Shown here piece after piece: positions 40,861 to 52,637 of a DNA stretch of 64,000 bases. Each line of letters starts with the position of its first letter. Positions within the stretch are counted from its first letter, which is position 1. Source of the DNA: Camelus ferus (lineage: Eukaryota); contig NC_045696.1 of NCBI RefSeq assembly GCF_009834535.1, positions 84,136,001 through 84,200,000 of the forward strand, in the 5' to 3' direction. Below the pieces are notes generated by a model. That model saw nothing but the letters and a program-made list of their open reading frames with translations, ran no database searches and was not told the origin of the DNA. The position numbers and the translations under genes are program-made.

Positions 40861-42654
40861 GTAAGTGACTTTTTAAAGCAATTTCTTTTTTTTTTTTTGC
40901 AAGAACTCATAGTTTATTAAGTGCCTAGAAATTGTCTGGGAAAGATGGATGCTCAAAGAGTATATATTTTAATTATTAAGATTGTTAATGACAGGACAGC
41001 TCCGAGATTCTACCACAAGAGAAAAATTACATCCTTCATGGTATTATTTGTTATTCTGATATAAACCAAGTACATAAAAATGTTCCTAATGAACTGCCAC
41101 TTGATGACTTAAAAGTACTAGTAATGTTTTGATTACTGATATATCTACAAACTGATATTTTGGCCAGAAATCTTCTGAGAGATTGAATATATTAGAAAAG
41201 GATACACAGAAATGTATTTTGCATGTAAAACTTCCCTCACACACTGGCTTTCTCTATTGTTGCACTACCACTCACAACTCTTGTATTAATTTTATCCTCA
41301 ATAGTGCATTAGCTTGATAGCATATGTTTATATTTTCAGCTTACCAACGTATTATTTTCTCACAATTGTTTTGGATTGCATTTTGAGATTTTTTCCTTTG
41401 TAAATTGCATATCTAAACAAATAGTGTTTAACTACATATATTAGAAAATAATTTAAAATAACTAGATAATGACTCTACAGCTTGGTTTTGGAAAGTACTT
41501 GACTATTGGTAATCTTTATATATAACAATGATTCTTAGTGACTCTTAACCATTTAGGGGTCATAGTAGCCCTCATAATCTGTAAAACATGCTGGAAATAC
41601 AGTTCTTCATTTCTTTAAGCTAACAAAACATTGTTCTAGAGATTTTCATCATTACCCCCAATAAAGGGTTCCTTCCTAGTAACCTATTAAACTAAGAGTT
41701 ATTGAGAGTGGCTGAAGTGTGTTATTTGTAAGGTAAAATTAGTGTTACTAAAATTTTAAATAGTTTAAAAATTTATTTAAAATTCATTCATTTTAAATAC
41801 TTCAGAGTCCGTATTCTACCAAGTCTGTTGTAATATTGCAAAACTCACTCTGCTCCTGATGTAATGAGATGGTTGAATTTTTTGCAGTTTTACTGGAGAG
41901 CACTTTAATAAAGTGTCATTAGTGTTGTGAATTGGTTACAGTTTTCAATTGAAGCTTTCTTATATTTGTTAATTTGTTTGTCAAATCACTCTTTGATTTT
42001 TTGGCAACTGCTTTCTTCTTTTGTTGTTATTGTACTGTTTCTATTTGATTGTTATTTTGTTCCTTTGTAACTTTTTCTGAGTCTTTTCACCTCCCTTTGG
42101 AAAAGTATGAGGTGGGTTTGGGGGTATTTCTCATTACAGAAGTGGAATTCCATAAAGTGTAAGACTTGTTGCTGTAAGCAGTGAGCCAGATTAACTCAAT
42201 TGATCTAGAATATATTAATTTCCTAATATTGTGGGTCCAAAACCACACTGGAGTGTGTTCACTTTTTTTTATTCCACTTCTCCTTTTGTTCTTTAAACCT
42301 TTTTAGGGTCGTCTGGACAGAGGTTTCCCTTGATGTTAGAGTTGCAAGTATCCCATTTAAAACCGTGGGAAAAAATAAGAAAAAGTATCATATAGCTATT
42401 CAGAGATAGTATTGCTATTGATAATAGCCCAGAATTATAATTTCTCCTTTAACTAAAAACCCCTGCAATATATTCTCTACTGTTTCATGAATGAATATGA
42501 AAAATTCTGTGGTATCTGAATCTTCTTGTCATAGTTTGTTCTAAGTAAGACAGAAAGTTCTTAGTAGGTAGAAATCTTTCTGTTGAGCTTACTATGGTAA
42601 ATTCAGATTACTTTGAAAACTGAATTTCTAATTAGACAGCACGCAAAGGTCAAA

Positions 42655-42901
42655 ATGGAGAAGATCTTGTTGTGGAGTCTCCTGTTAACTCTTTCTGGAA
42701 GTCAAGCTTCAAGACCCTGGGCTGAAAGAAATACTGAATTTGCGGTGGATCTTTATCAAGCCATTTGTTTATCTCATGAGAACAACATCTTAATTTCCCC
42801 TCTTGGAACAACTCTGGCCCTGGGGATGGTACAGCTGGGAGCAAAAGGAAAAGCACAAGAGCAGATTAGACAAACTTTAAAATTCCAGGAAACCTCGACT
42901 G
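42655..42901 (+). CDS. SERPINI2: SERPINI2 (pancpin/MEPI) first coding exon: signal peptide, helix A, NILISP
   Basis: AAAATGG Kozak context. MEKILLWSLLLTLSGSQAS signal peptide, NTEFAVDLYQ, LGAKG serpin motif. 247 coding nt, G|GTGAGT donor. Confidence 0.96.
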
Positions 42902-45900
42902 GTGAGTTTCTTACGTATGATTATTTATACTGGACAAGATCTGGCCAAATTTATTTTTAAACTGTTCCTCTATTAGTAGCTCAGGTCTGTAGAACATTAA
43001 TAAGTTAAAAATGTTATGTAAAGTATAAAAAGTTTTATAGTTTTTCTTAATAAAATGGAGAATCGTAAATGCAAGTAATTGTCAATGTAAACAAATATAA
43101 TTGTTTCTTCATGAAAATGTTACCAAAATCATTTATTATGAAATTAATGCTATTCACACAAAAACTGTCAATCTGTCTGTGTATTTTCTTCTGGCCTGTT
43201 TTAGCTGGTTTTAGTTGAGGTTATGTTGTGTGTGTGTGCATGTGTGTATATGCATAGATATACACCCTAAATATGGATACGCATTTTCTTCCACTGACAA
43301 TTCCTATGTTGTGATCATTTTTTCATATCCTGCAACTGCTTCAGAATGTATTTTTAATTGCTGTGTCTCATTGACACTTACGGAAATACCATCGCGTACT
43401 TACCTGACCCTCACCACTGGGTAGTCGCCAGTACTTCTCCTGTGAGCCTGCCGCAGTGAGCACCCTCCCCCAGAAATCTGTGTGTGCATCTCTCATTATT
43501 TTGTAGGCTTTTACAAATTAGTGTTCTAATTAAAATTTAACTTTTTCAATTAAACGAGACCCAGAAAAAACATTCATTTATACATTTTAAAAGCTAAAAT
43601 TAATAGTTTTTCAAGTAAACTTGAAAAAAAAAAGAAGCATTTACATAACCTGAGACCTTTTTGCTCATGAGAAGTTGGCTTCTCGTCTCATAAAGACCTA
43701 TCTGAGATAGTGTGTAGAAGCTTTAGAGCTGGTGTCCCATTTGAAGGGGCAGTTGCCCATCACCCTGGCTGTCTTGTGCTCCCAATTTTCATAATGATTT
43801 TAACTTAAAATTTTACATCACCGTCAGATGTTGTGTCCTAAACATCAGGGGAGACACTCAGATTTTTGATTCGGGCTTTGAGTCACTATAACTATAATTC
43901 ATTTTAGTATGTTTACCTTAGCACAGAGTCATTCTATTTAGGAAACTGTTTTTCTGAAAAAAAAAATCTATTTGCGAGGTTTTATTTGCTTCATTTTAAA
44001 TAAAAGCAATTTTATATAGAAAGGGAGTTGGTGCTAGTGAAGTTGATTCCAAGAGTTTTCCTTGGTGAATGATGTAAAATGAAGCCACTGTGTTCAGATC
44101 TAGTCTTGATTGTCTGTATGAATTTCAGCAAGTCCCACTGGACAGTCCCAGAAACATTTATGTCACATGATACTGCTTTGAAAAATAATAGAACACTTAT
44201 GGAGGTATGTAAAGTTGATCCTATGATAAACTAGCAAAATTAGAGCCTCTGAAATTTGAATTACTTTAAATGAATCCATCTTATAGAGGAACACAGGAGT
44301 CTTAACAACTCGGGATTGTGAATGTGCTAATAATCATAGTAATAAAAATCACTATCATGACACTATCAAACATATACAGTGTATCAGTTAGTCATTGTTT
44401 TATGTACTTGTCTCTAATCTTCACAGTTTGTGAGGCAGACACAGCCCTGCTATGCAGATGAGGATAACGAGGGAAAGAAAGGTTAAGTAACTTGCCCAGA
44501 ACTAACTCCAAAAATGATTCACTGAGGGTTGTAGATCTTAAGAGCAACAATAAACGTTCTAATATTTTCTTTGGAATAGGATGTATGGACAGTTAAACAT
44601 TAATACTGTAACACATGCAATAAAATCTACCAGACCATTATGCTTTGTCAAGGGAGAGAGGCACAGATGGCGGGTAAGTGCAAAAAGAAAAGAGAGACCA
44701 GCCCAGAGGAGAGAAAATGTAAAAATTAAACTCTGGAAAATAAAAAAGAAGGGAAAAATGAAGGAATAAAGAGAAAGGAGCTACAGAGTTATGGAGGAGA
44801 ACAGAGTGAGAGAGTGCATGCATGAAGCTGCTCTCTGCTGAGTCAGGCTGTATTTTACTTTTCCTGCTACCAGTCTGCTTCCCATGAACGCTGCTTATTC
44901 TACAGACGGTCGTGCAGCTCCTGGCATCCTACCCCATCGGGGCGCTCAGTGTCCTCAGTTCTTCTTTCTTCCCCCTTGTCAAAACAGCTGCTGAGGATTT
45001 AACCTTCTCCAGTTTACTGAGCATCTGATAACACTCCATTTTGCTTTGCCTCTAATAATGCTGCTTATTAATCAAAGACTAACTTAAAGGTGCTTCTTTA
45101 TTCTAAGAGAATAAAGAGAATTAGGTGTCGACTTCTATCTCAGTTCTGCATCCAAATGACCTTGCGATTGGGCATCTTTCAAGTTATCTTATCTCTCTGG
45201 ATTTTAGATCCCTCACTATAAAAAGAGGAGTTTGGCTTAGATGATTTCTGTGGACCTATTGGCTAAAATAATCTATAATCCTATGACTGCCTCTGTTTTC
45301 ATCTTTGGATCTCTTGGATTGTACACATGCTTGGTTTGGGGGCTCTTAATAGCAGGAGAAGTAAACACGTACCAAACTTTAGAACATTTTCTGGAGGTCT
45401 GGTAACATCAAACCAGAAGTCACATTCACTCATGACCTGTAGGTTTTCCATGGCTTTATTTTAGGAAATGAAGTTAACTTATTCTCAGTGATTATTAGGA
45501 GCCATGGGTATGTATTCTTTTTGATCTGTGCTAAAAGAAGTTATTCATCTGTAAATTAAATCAAATTTATAAGGCAGATAACTTTATATTCTCCCAACAT
45601 GTGTTACTGGAGAAATTTTTTCATTGACTTCCGAGTCCAATGATTTATCAAAGGGCACACAGTCTTAGACCTTAAGTACATGACATAAATTTATTTGCTC
45701 TGACAAGTGAGTTGGAAGTATTTTTTCTCCCCCTCTCCTTTTCCCCCTATTCCTTTAAAGATGTTCATAAATTACAAGCTCCTGAAAATTGGTTTCAAAT
45801 TCTGCCACTTTATTTCTGACCTCAGCTAATTCTTTTGGAGCTCTCTTGCCCTCACTCAGAAAGTGTTCACTGTAGCCTCTCAGCTATTGAGCTATTTTTC

Positions 45901-46287
45901 TCAGCTTCAAATAGCAAGAAATGATTGCATCTAAAGTCATTGTATATACAAATAAAACAGACTGACATTCTCCCCTTCCTTACATAAGGAATTCCAGGGT
46001 TATAAAGCATTGCTGAAATTCTTCAGATCCAATCATACGGAAGTAAGTTTTTGTTGTTTGTGTCTGTGTCTGTATCTCCGTGAATGGAGAATCATAGGCT
46101 TTGAAACAGAATGCAGTATACCTTCCAGAGCCTGCATGAGTGGACAAGGAGGCAAGTGGGGACTGAAAAGTAGTCTCCACTCAGCTGCACAAGATGCAAG
46201 ACAACGGAGCCACAGCCCCCACCCACCAATGAGGGCACAAGTTCTTATTTGCACAAAGATGCCCTGTGGCATCTGATGAAGTGTTCA

Positions 46288-46289
<2 letters not shown>

Positions 46290-46334
<45 letters not shown>
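46290..46334. repeat. (CA)n microsatellite, about 22 units
   Basis: Uninterrupted CA run. Confidence 0.98.
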
Positions 46335-46336
<2 letters not shown>

Positions 46337-47394
46337 CCCTTCTTTCCAATAGACACCTGATAGCAAGTTTCTCTCAATCCTTTTTTGTTTCTGTATTCAA
46401 TGAACGTCACCCAATGATGAACCATTTATGTTTTCTTCAATAGAGATTAATTGCATGTCATCAACTTGTAAGTTATGAAAGTGGTATTTTCAGCATTTAA
46501 CTCAAAATGAAACAAAGATTCTGAAAGAACCTTGGATTTGAAATACAGTTCCCAGATTTAACGATCGAGTTCCTGAATTAAGCCAGAAGGGGATGAAAAA
46601 TATCGGTACCCTTTGGTAATAAATAGGAAACCACGGAGCAATGAACAGAGCTGAATTCTCTCATGGTGCATACACCTTCCTGACAACACTGTGGTCAGAG
46701 TGACCCAATGGTAAATAAGTAATAGGCCAACAGTGATTCTTAGCTGACTCTGACAGACTCACTTGGCTAGTGCTTACAGTTGGGATGGTTAAAGATTTTT
46801 ATTGTTCACAAAGACAGCCAAAGTACATAAATTCATGAACCTGAAGAAATAGGCAATTCTGGTTCTTATGCATCTCTAGAGATGATTATAGGGGTTACTG
46901 CATTCATTTCAAAACTTGGACAAGCACAGTTGCTCATAAGAGAGCAATTCTTTCTTATGCTGAAATAAAAGTAGTATTGAAAAGGATTGTTCACACTGCC
47001 TGAGTCCCCATCCCCATCAGCATTAATTAGTATTCCTCTTTCATAAATATCACATGTTGTGCAAAGAATACGATTCTAAAGATACATTTCCAACAAATAA
47101 GAATGAGCTACATTTGACTATAAAGAGGGAGTTTCCTTCAGCCTGTTTAAATGCATATTCTTGTTTTTGAGAAATTTCAAATTTACATGGACTTTTTTCT
47201 CCATCTCTCTACAAAATGCATATTCCACAAGAGATAAATGCTTAAAATATTTATACTAACTTAGAAAGGATCGTTAGTTATACCTAAGGGTGCAAAAAAT
47301 TGATGATGTGAATCAGAGTGCTTGGAAGCGAAGCTGAGAAGCTGTTGTTTTTATGTTGTTCAATATGTCAGTATATGTTACAATTATTTTTTAG

Positions 47395-47625
47395 GAGAAG
47401 AATTTTCTGTGCTGAAGTCATTTTTCTCTGCCACCTCAGAGAAAAAACAAGAATTTACATTTAATCTTGCCAATGCCCTCTACCTTCAAGAAGGATTCAC
47501 TGTGAAAGAACAGTATCTCCATGGCAACAAGGAATTTTTTCAGAGTGCCGTAAAACTGGTGGATTTTCAGAATGCAAAGGCTTGTGCAGAGACAATAAGT
47601 ACCTGGGTAGAAAGCAAAACAGATG
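47395..47625 (+). CDS. SERPINI2: SERPINI2 coding exon 2 (EEFSVLKSFF...LANALYLQEGFTVKEQY...ISTWVESKTD)
   Basis: ttttttag acceptor and G|GTAAAA donor. 231 nt, phase 1-1, serpin motifs. Confidence 0.96.
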
Positions 47626-47974
47626 GTAAAATTTCCCATTTTCATAAAATCATTATTTGCCATTGTATTCATGGTTTTTAATATCCTGAAGTAAAGAATG
47701 GTTGAATGTTTTCCTATTAAACTGTGGCTCAGAGAGATCAAATCTCCTATTTTGCTTCCCTGTTATTCAAATTAATACTAAATTATAAAATTGAGAGAAA
47801 TTGTATGCTGCTTTGAAAAGTATAGAGATTCTTTTTTTTGAGAGACACCTATTTGTAGCATTCTTAATGGAAGAATTTTAATAATAGTTTTTGTTTAAGT
47901 GTAGGGTTTTTTTTTTTAAGTAGAGCAGAAGGAATAATGTCTTTGGCTAGGTTAAAACTTCAGTCTGTCAATCT

Positions 47975-48013
47975 CAGATGCCTACTTTCCCACAGACATT
48001 GTAAATAATTAAC
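47975..48013 (+). promoter_or_regulatory. Candidate intronic enhancer: PTF1 bipartite site plus HNF1 site
   Basis: CAGATG-N5-TTTCCCAC (47975-93), followed 7 nt later by GTAAATAATTAAC (48001-13). Confidence 0.45.
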
Positions 48014-49057
48014 ACATCTTAGTTGGATGTGTTAAAGTTTCATAATAAATATTGATGATTCTGTCATAAAATGGTAATCTAAGCTTTAATTTAAATATAA
48101 GCTAGCAAAAATTCCAAAGGCACTACAGAGTGACATCGCAGAAAGAACACAAGTTTAAACTCATACAGATCGGAGTTCAAATCTTGACAAGTTCTAAACT
48201 AAGCCCCATTTAAAATGAGGGTACCATTAAAGCATTTCAGGATTACTGCGTGGTTAAAAAGAATGTATGTGAAGTGACAAGCCTATGTCAGGTCCTCAAT
48301 TAATAGCAGTTTGTTTCTTTGTGCATATGCTCTGATGCAAAAAACTATGATGTGTAAGAAGCGACTGTATTCATGGGAAGCCTCAGATGGAGAAGCCTAA
48401 GCTGAAAATGTGAGATGAGTGTTGTGAGCAGTGTTCACAGGAAAGTCCTGTTAATGGGATGCATAATGAGAACAGCCCTAGACAGCTCCAGGGCACCTGA
48501 TCATGCTGCTATCCCATAGATTCCAAATTCTCATTGGACACAGAAATAGGAGACTGGTTGTTTAGAAGAGGAAAAATCACACCAGCAACTCCATTCTTGT
48601 CCTTTCCTGGTCGTCAGCGGCTGTGGCTGCAAGAGTGGCAAGTTTGCAGGTGCCATGACCTTATTAACTCTGACTAACTTGCTGAAGAACCTTGAAATAA
48701 AGTTAATTTAAAAAGACCAACAGATATGCAGGAAGAGGTATATAGTTTTTGTTCTTGCTATCTGAAAAACTATTTACACAATAATCTCACGAAAGAGAGG
48801 CCATTACTAAGTCTGTCCAAATTTGCCTGAGACAATCTTGTATCTCCTGTTTCCTAGTAAAACCCTGTTTGTATCTGTTTCTAAGTGAAATATTTAATAG
48901 CACTCCCCTTTACTCTCAAAATTGCCAAGTTTAAATGATAAAGCACCCTGGTTTTAATTATCAGCAAAATAAATTTTTCTTTTAATTCTATTTAAAGCAG
49001 TTCCTTTGAATCAAGATGGCATATTTCTTTCTGCCTCTTCCTCCATCCCCGTCACAG

Positions 49058-49252
49058 GAAAAATTAAAAACATGTTTTCAGGGGAAGAATTTGGCCCTCT
49101 GACTCGGCTTGTCCTAGTGAATGCCATTTATTTCAAGGGAGACTGGAAACAGAAATTCAGAAAAGAGGACACACAGCTGATGAATTTCACTCAGAAAGAT
49201 GGTGCGGCAGTCAAAATTCCAATGATGAAGGCTCTTCTGAGAACAAAATATG
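49058..49252 (+). CDS. SERPINI2: SERPINI2 coding exon 3 (KIKNMF...TRLVLVNAIYFKGDWKQKF...VKIPMM)
   Basis: Canonical serpin LVNAIYFKG.W motif. Pyrimidine tract plus cag acceptor, G|GTAGTA donor, 195 nt. Confidence 0.97.
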
Positions 49253-49330
49253 GTAGTATGAAACATGACACTCTAAGACATCAATTTGGAAATTGCCAGG
49301 TATATTAACAATATATTTTCTCTGTTCCAG

Positions 49331-49523
49331 GTTATTTTTCTGAATCCTCCATGAACTACCAGGTTTTGGAGTTACCATATAAAGGTGATGAGTTTAGTTT
49401 AATTATCATACTTCCTGCAGAAGATGTGAACATAGAAGAAATGGAAAAACTCATTACTGCTCATCAAATCCTGCAATGGTTCTCTGAGATGCAAGAAGAG
49501 GAAGTGGAAATCAGCCTCCCCAG
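49331..49523 (+). CDS. SERPINI2: SERPINI2 coding exon 4 (YFSESSMNYQVLELPYKGDEFSLIIILP...EVEISLPR)
   Basis: Follows a 78-nt intron. ttccag acceptor and AG|GTTGGT donor, 193 nt, phase 1-2. Confidence 0.97.
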
Positions 49524-49779
49524 GTTGGTAATGTCGTTTTATCATTCTGGTTCTTCTGTTTTCACTCATGGAGGGATTTGAAAAGCTGGCTGAAAGATAA
49601 CAGATGCTTGAAAAGGCTATTGACAAAAATGAAAAGAAAACCCCATTTGGAGATGTTATGCTACTTTATGGCTACAAGGGCAGGTTTGAACATTACCAGC
49701 ATTCCTTTGGTTAAAAGAAGAAAGGTTTTCAAAAAAAAAAACAAAACAAAAACCAGGAGATGGTTAAAAATATTTGCAA

Positions 49780-50101
49780 TCTTTATAGAAGTTATCGAGT
49801 TAATGTGAGGTTATAGGGGCGGGCCCTAATCTGATATGGCTGGAGTCCTTATAGAAAGGAGAAATTTGGATGCAGAGATACACAAAGAGGAAAGATGATG
49901 TGAAGAAACAGAGGGAGACAGTGGCCATCTACAAGCCAAGGAGAGAGGCCTGGAGCAGATCTTGCCCTCATAGCCCTCAGAAGCAACCAGTCCTGCAGAC
50001 ACCTTGATTTTGAACTTCTAAAACTATGAGACAGTAGGTTTCTATTACTTAAGGCTCAGAGTTTGTAGTAATTTGTTTAGGTGGCCCTTGGCAAACTAAG
50101 T
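49780..50101 (+). mobile_element. MLT1 (MaLR) LTR
   Basis: gggccctaatc...gtccttata...gccatctacaagccaaggagagaggcctggagcagat...gacaccttgattttgaacttc. Confidence 0.85.
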
Positions 50102-51049
50102 AAGAACAACCTCAATGTTTAACCAAACGTTACTGAAAGCTAATGATAAAAGGGGCTTATAAGGTGAAAAGTAATTTAAAACCAGGTGCCAGGGAGTGTC
50201 AGCCATTTCTTGTACCCGGGAGTCTTCTGTCCATTGCTCTCCTTAGCCTGCCCTTATCATGGTGCCAAGGCCATTCACCCCAAAGGAGTGTCTTTACCAT
50301 TCCATCCTACCCAGCATCCTGGGTCCTCCAACTTTTACCAGCATAAAAAGAAAACAACACAGATTTCCCCCCATCCTCTATAAGGTCAGATTCCTAGTCA
50401 TGTCAAGAACCTAAAGCACTAGATTTCAGCCTTCAGTGAGAACAACAGTTTTGTATTGGGTAGAATAGATTACACCCTCATCATCGCAAACTTCTCCATC
50501 TCCATCCCACAGCTCCTATTTGCATAAAAAAGCTCCCTGTGTTGCTTTTCCCAAACAAATGAACAATTTGCCTTAAGAGGTGAATTTGTATCTTCAGTTA
50601 TATGGAAGCAGAAACATTCATTGGCAGTGGTATACTCTTTTTCCAAACAAACTCCAGCCATCAAAGATTTCTTAAAAATTTGGTGGTAGCTTCAATCACA
50701 GTACCTCACTAGATGATTCTATTCATAGCACAAAGCCTGGAAAGTAGAAGATGCTAAATAAATGATGGGTTTTTTTTTTTTTTTCTCTTTGTTGAAAGAT
50801 CACTGCTCAGCCAGTACCAACCTAGAAAGTTTCCTCTGGATTCTCAGTCTCCCTTCCTCCTTCCCCCTTGGTCACGCCCTTCTCCATGGTAGCTAACCAG
50901 TATATTGAAATTAACTCTTATGTGTAGATTTCTCCAGGATGCTCATTAGAATCGACCACTCCTTATTGTTACTTCCAGAACACTGCATGCATGTTTACAT
51001 TAAGGTACTTATTTCGTTGCATTTTCATTTCTGGCTCACTCTTATTGAT

Positions 51050-51165
51050 CCTATTAAGATGTGAGCTCTAGGACAGGGGTTAGTTTCTCCTTCATTTTGG
51101 TTTCTGTAGTCCCTAGCACGTTTCCTGGTACATAGTATGTGCTAAATGAATATTGTTGAGTTAAG
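51050..51165 (+). mobile_element. L2 3' end
   Basis: gtgagctctaggacaggg...cctagcacgtttcctggtacatagtatgtgctaaatgaatattgttgag. Confidence 0.7.
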
Positions 51166-51842
51166 TTACATAAATATTTTCAAAGAAAGAGATTCTATGT
51201 TATTTCCCTTTATCTGATTTTAAATGTCTCAAATATCATAATTCAATTTTCTAGTCACTCTTGAATTCATTCCCCTTGAGGATGCTGACAAAGCCATCCC
51301 TCCCTCTCATGCATGCGGCAGAATAAAAGATAGGATATTAGTCATTTTTTTGTACTATTCTCTCTAGAGAAATAAAATTAAGATTTTTTTTTAAATTCAA
51401 GGAACTGAAAATTTTGTTATCAATTATTCAATTGCATTAATACTTCATTACATTTAAAATGTATTCAGTTCTCACTAAAAGGATGAGTCTTCTGATTTCT
51501 TAAAGGAGTCATTTGCTCATGTGTTAAGTTCATGAACGATTTTAGTCCATCAGGACCATTTATTGAATCCAGTTTCCTGAGCACTAAGATCATGGATTGA
51601 AAATTCTGAAATACATTTTCCCCAAGATGAGCAATTTCCTTACAACAGAAAAATACCCATTTGAAATCTGTGTTTAATACAGAAGAGGGAAAATTGTACG
51701 GGCTCAATAAATACTCTTGGGTGAACTGACAGTCTTATACTTTATTACTCAATGCTGTGGTTCTTCTATATCTGAAGGAGTGAATTATGGTTTCCAACTG
51801 ATAACTAAGGATTCTGGTGATACTGGGACAGTTTCGTCAGCC

Positions 51843-52637
51843 GTGTTAGTTTCCCAGGGCTGTTGTGACAAATCACCACAAACCAGGTGGCTTAAAACAA
51901 CAGAAATCCATTCTTTCACAGCTCTGTACGCTAGAAGTCCAAAATCAAGGTGTCAGCAGGGCCATGCTCTCTCTGAGGCTCTGTGTAGAATGTTCCCTTG
52001 CCTCTGCCTTGCAGCTGGTGGTGGTCCGTAGTGCTTGGTGTGCCTCTGCTGGTAGACTCATCACTTCAACCTTTGCCTCACGTGGCCACCTCTCTTTACA
52101 TGGCATCCTCCTTTCTTGCAAGGACACCAATCATACTGAATTAAGGTCTGGTTCTACCCCAGTATGATCCTGTTGGTCTGAAACAAATACACTGTCAGAT
52201 GTTTCTCCAGCAAAGATGAGTTTATTCAGGATAGCAGAGAATTGCATTTTGGGGTCTACAGCCATGACAAGCCACATGCAAGTCCCTCAATGGTAAGGGA
52301 AGGAAAACGCTTTTATAGAGAGGAAAAGGAAGTGGGGAGGGCTATAGTAAACAAAGAGTCCACTTCTCTCCATTGGCTGAGTCCTTGCCAGGAAGGAAGG
52401 GGAGTGTTTCTTCTTCCTGTTGGGCTTTGTTATTATTGTCCTCACGGAGCATGTAAGCTCCCCCTTCTGGTCTCCCAAGTCTATTTAATTGAGATTTCTG
52501 TTTATTAAATTTTTTTACAACCTCAACCTAACTAATTACATCTGCAATGATGCTGTTTCCAAATAAGTTCACATTATAAGCTGCTGGGGGTTAGGGCTTT
52601 GACCTATGAATTTTGGGGGACACAGTTCAACCTATAT
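51843..52637 (-). mobile_element. MLT1 (MaLR) LTR split by a younger LTR
   Basis: gtgttagtttcccagggctg...ggtggcttaaaacaacagaaat on the left. ctaactaattacatctgcaatg...tttgggggacacagttcaacc on the right. Confidence 0.85.
52171..52519 (-). mobile_element. Solo ERV LTR (349 bp) nested in MLT1
   Basis: TG...CA ends. Minus-strand CCAAT (52372-76), TATAAAA (52311-17) and AATAAA (52221-26) in LTR order. Confidence 0.75.
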
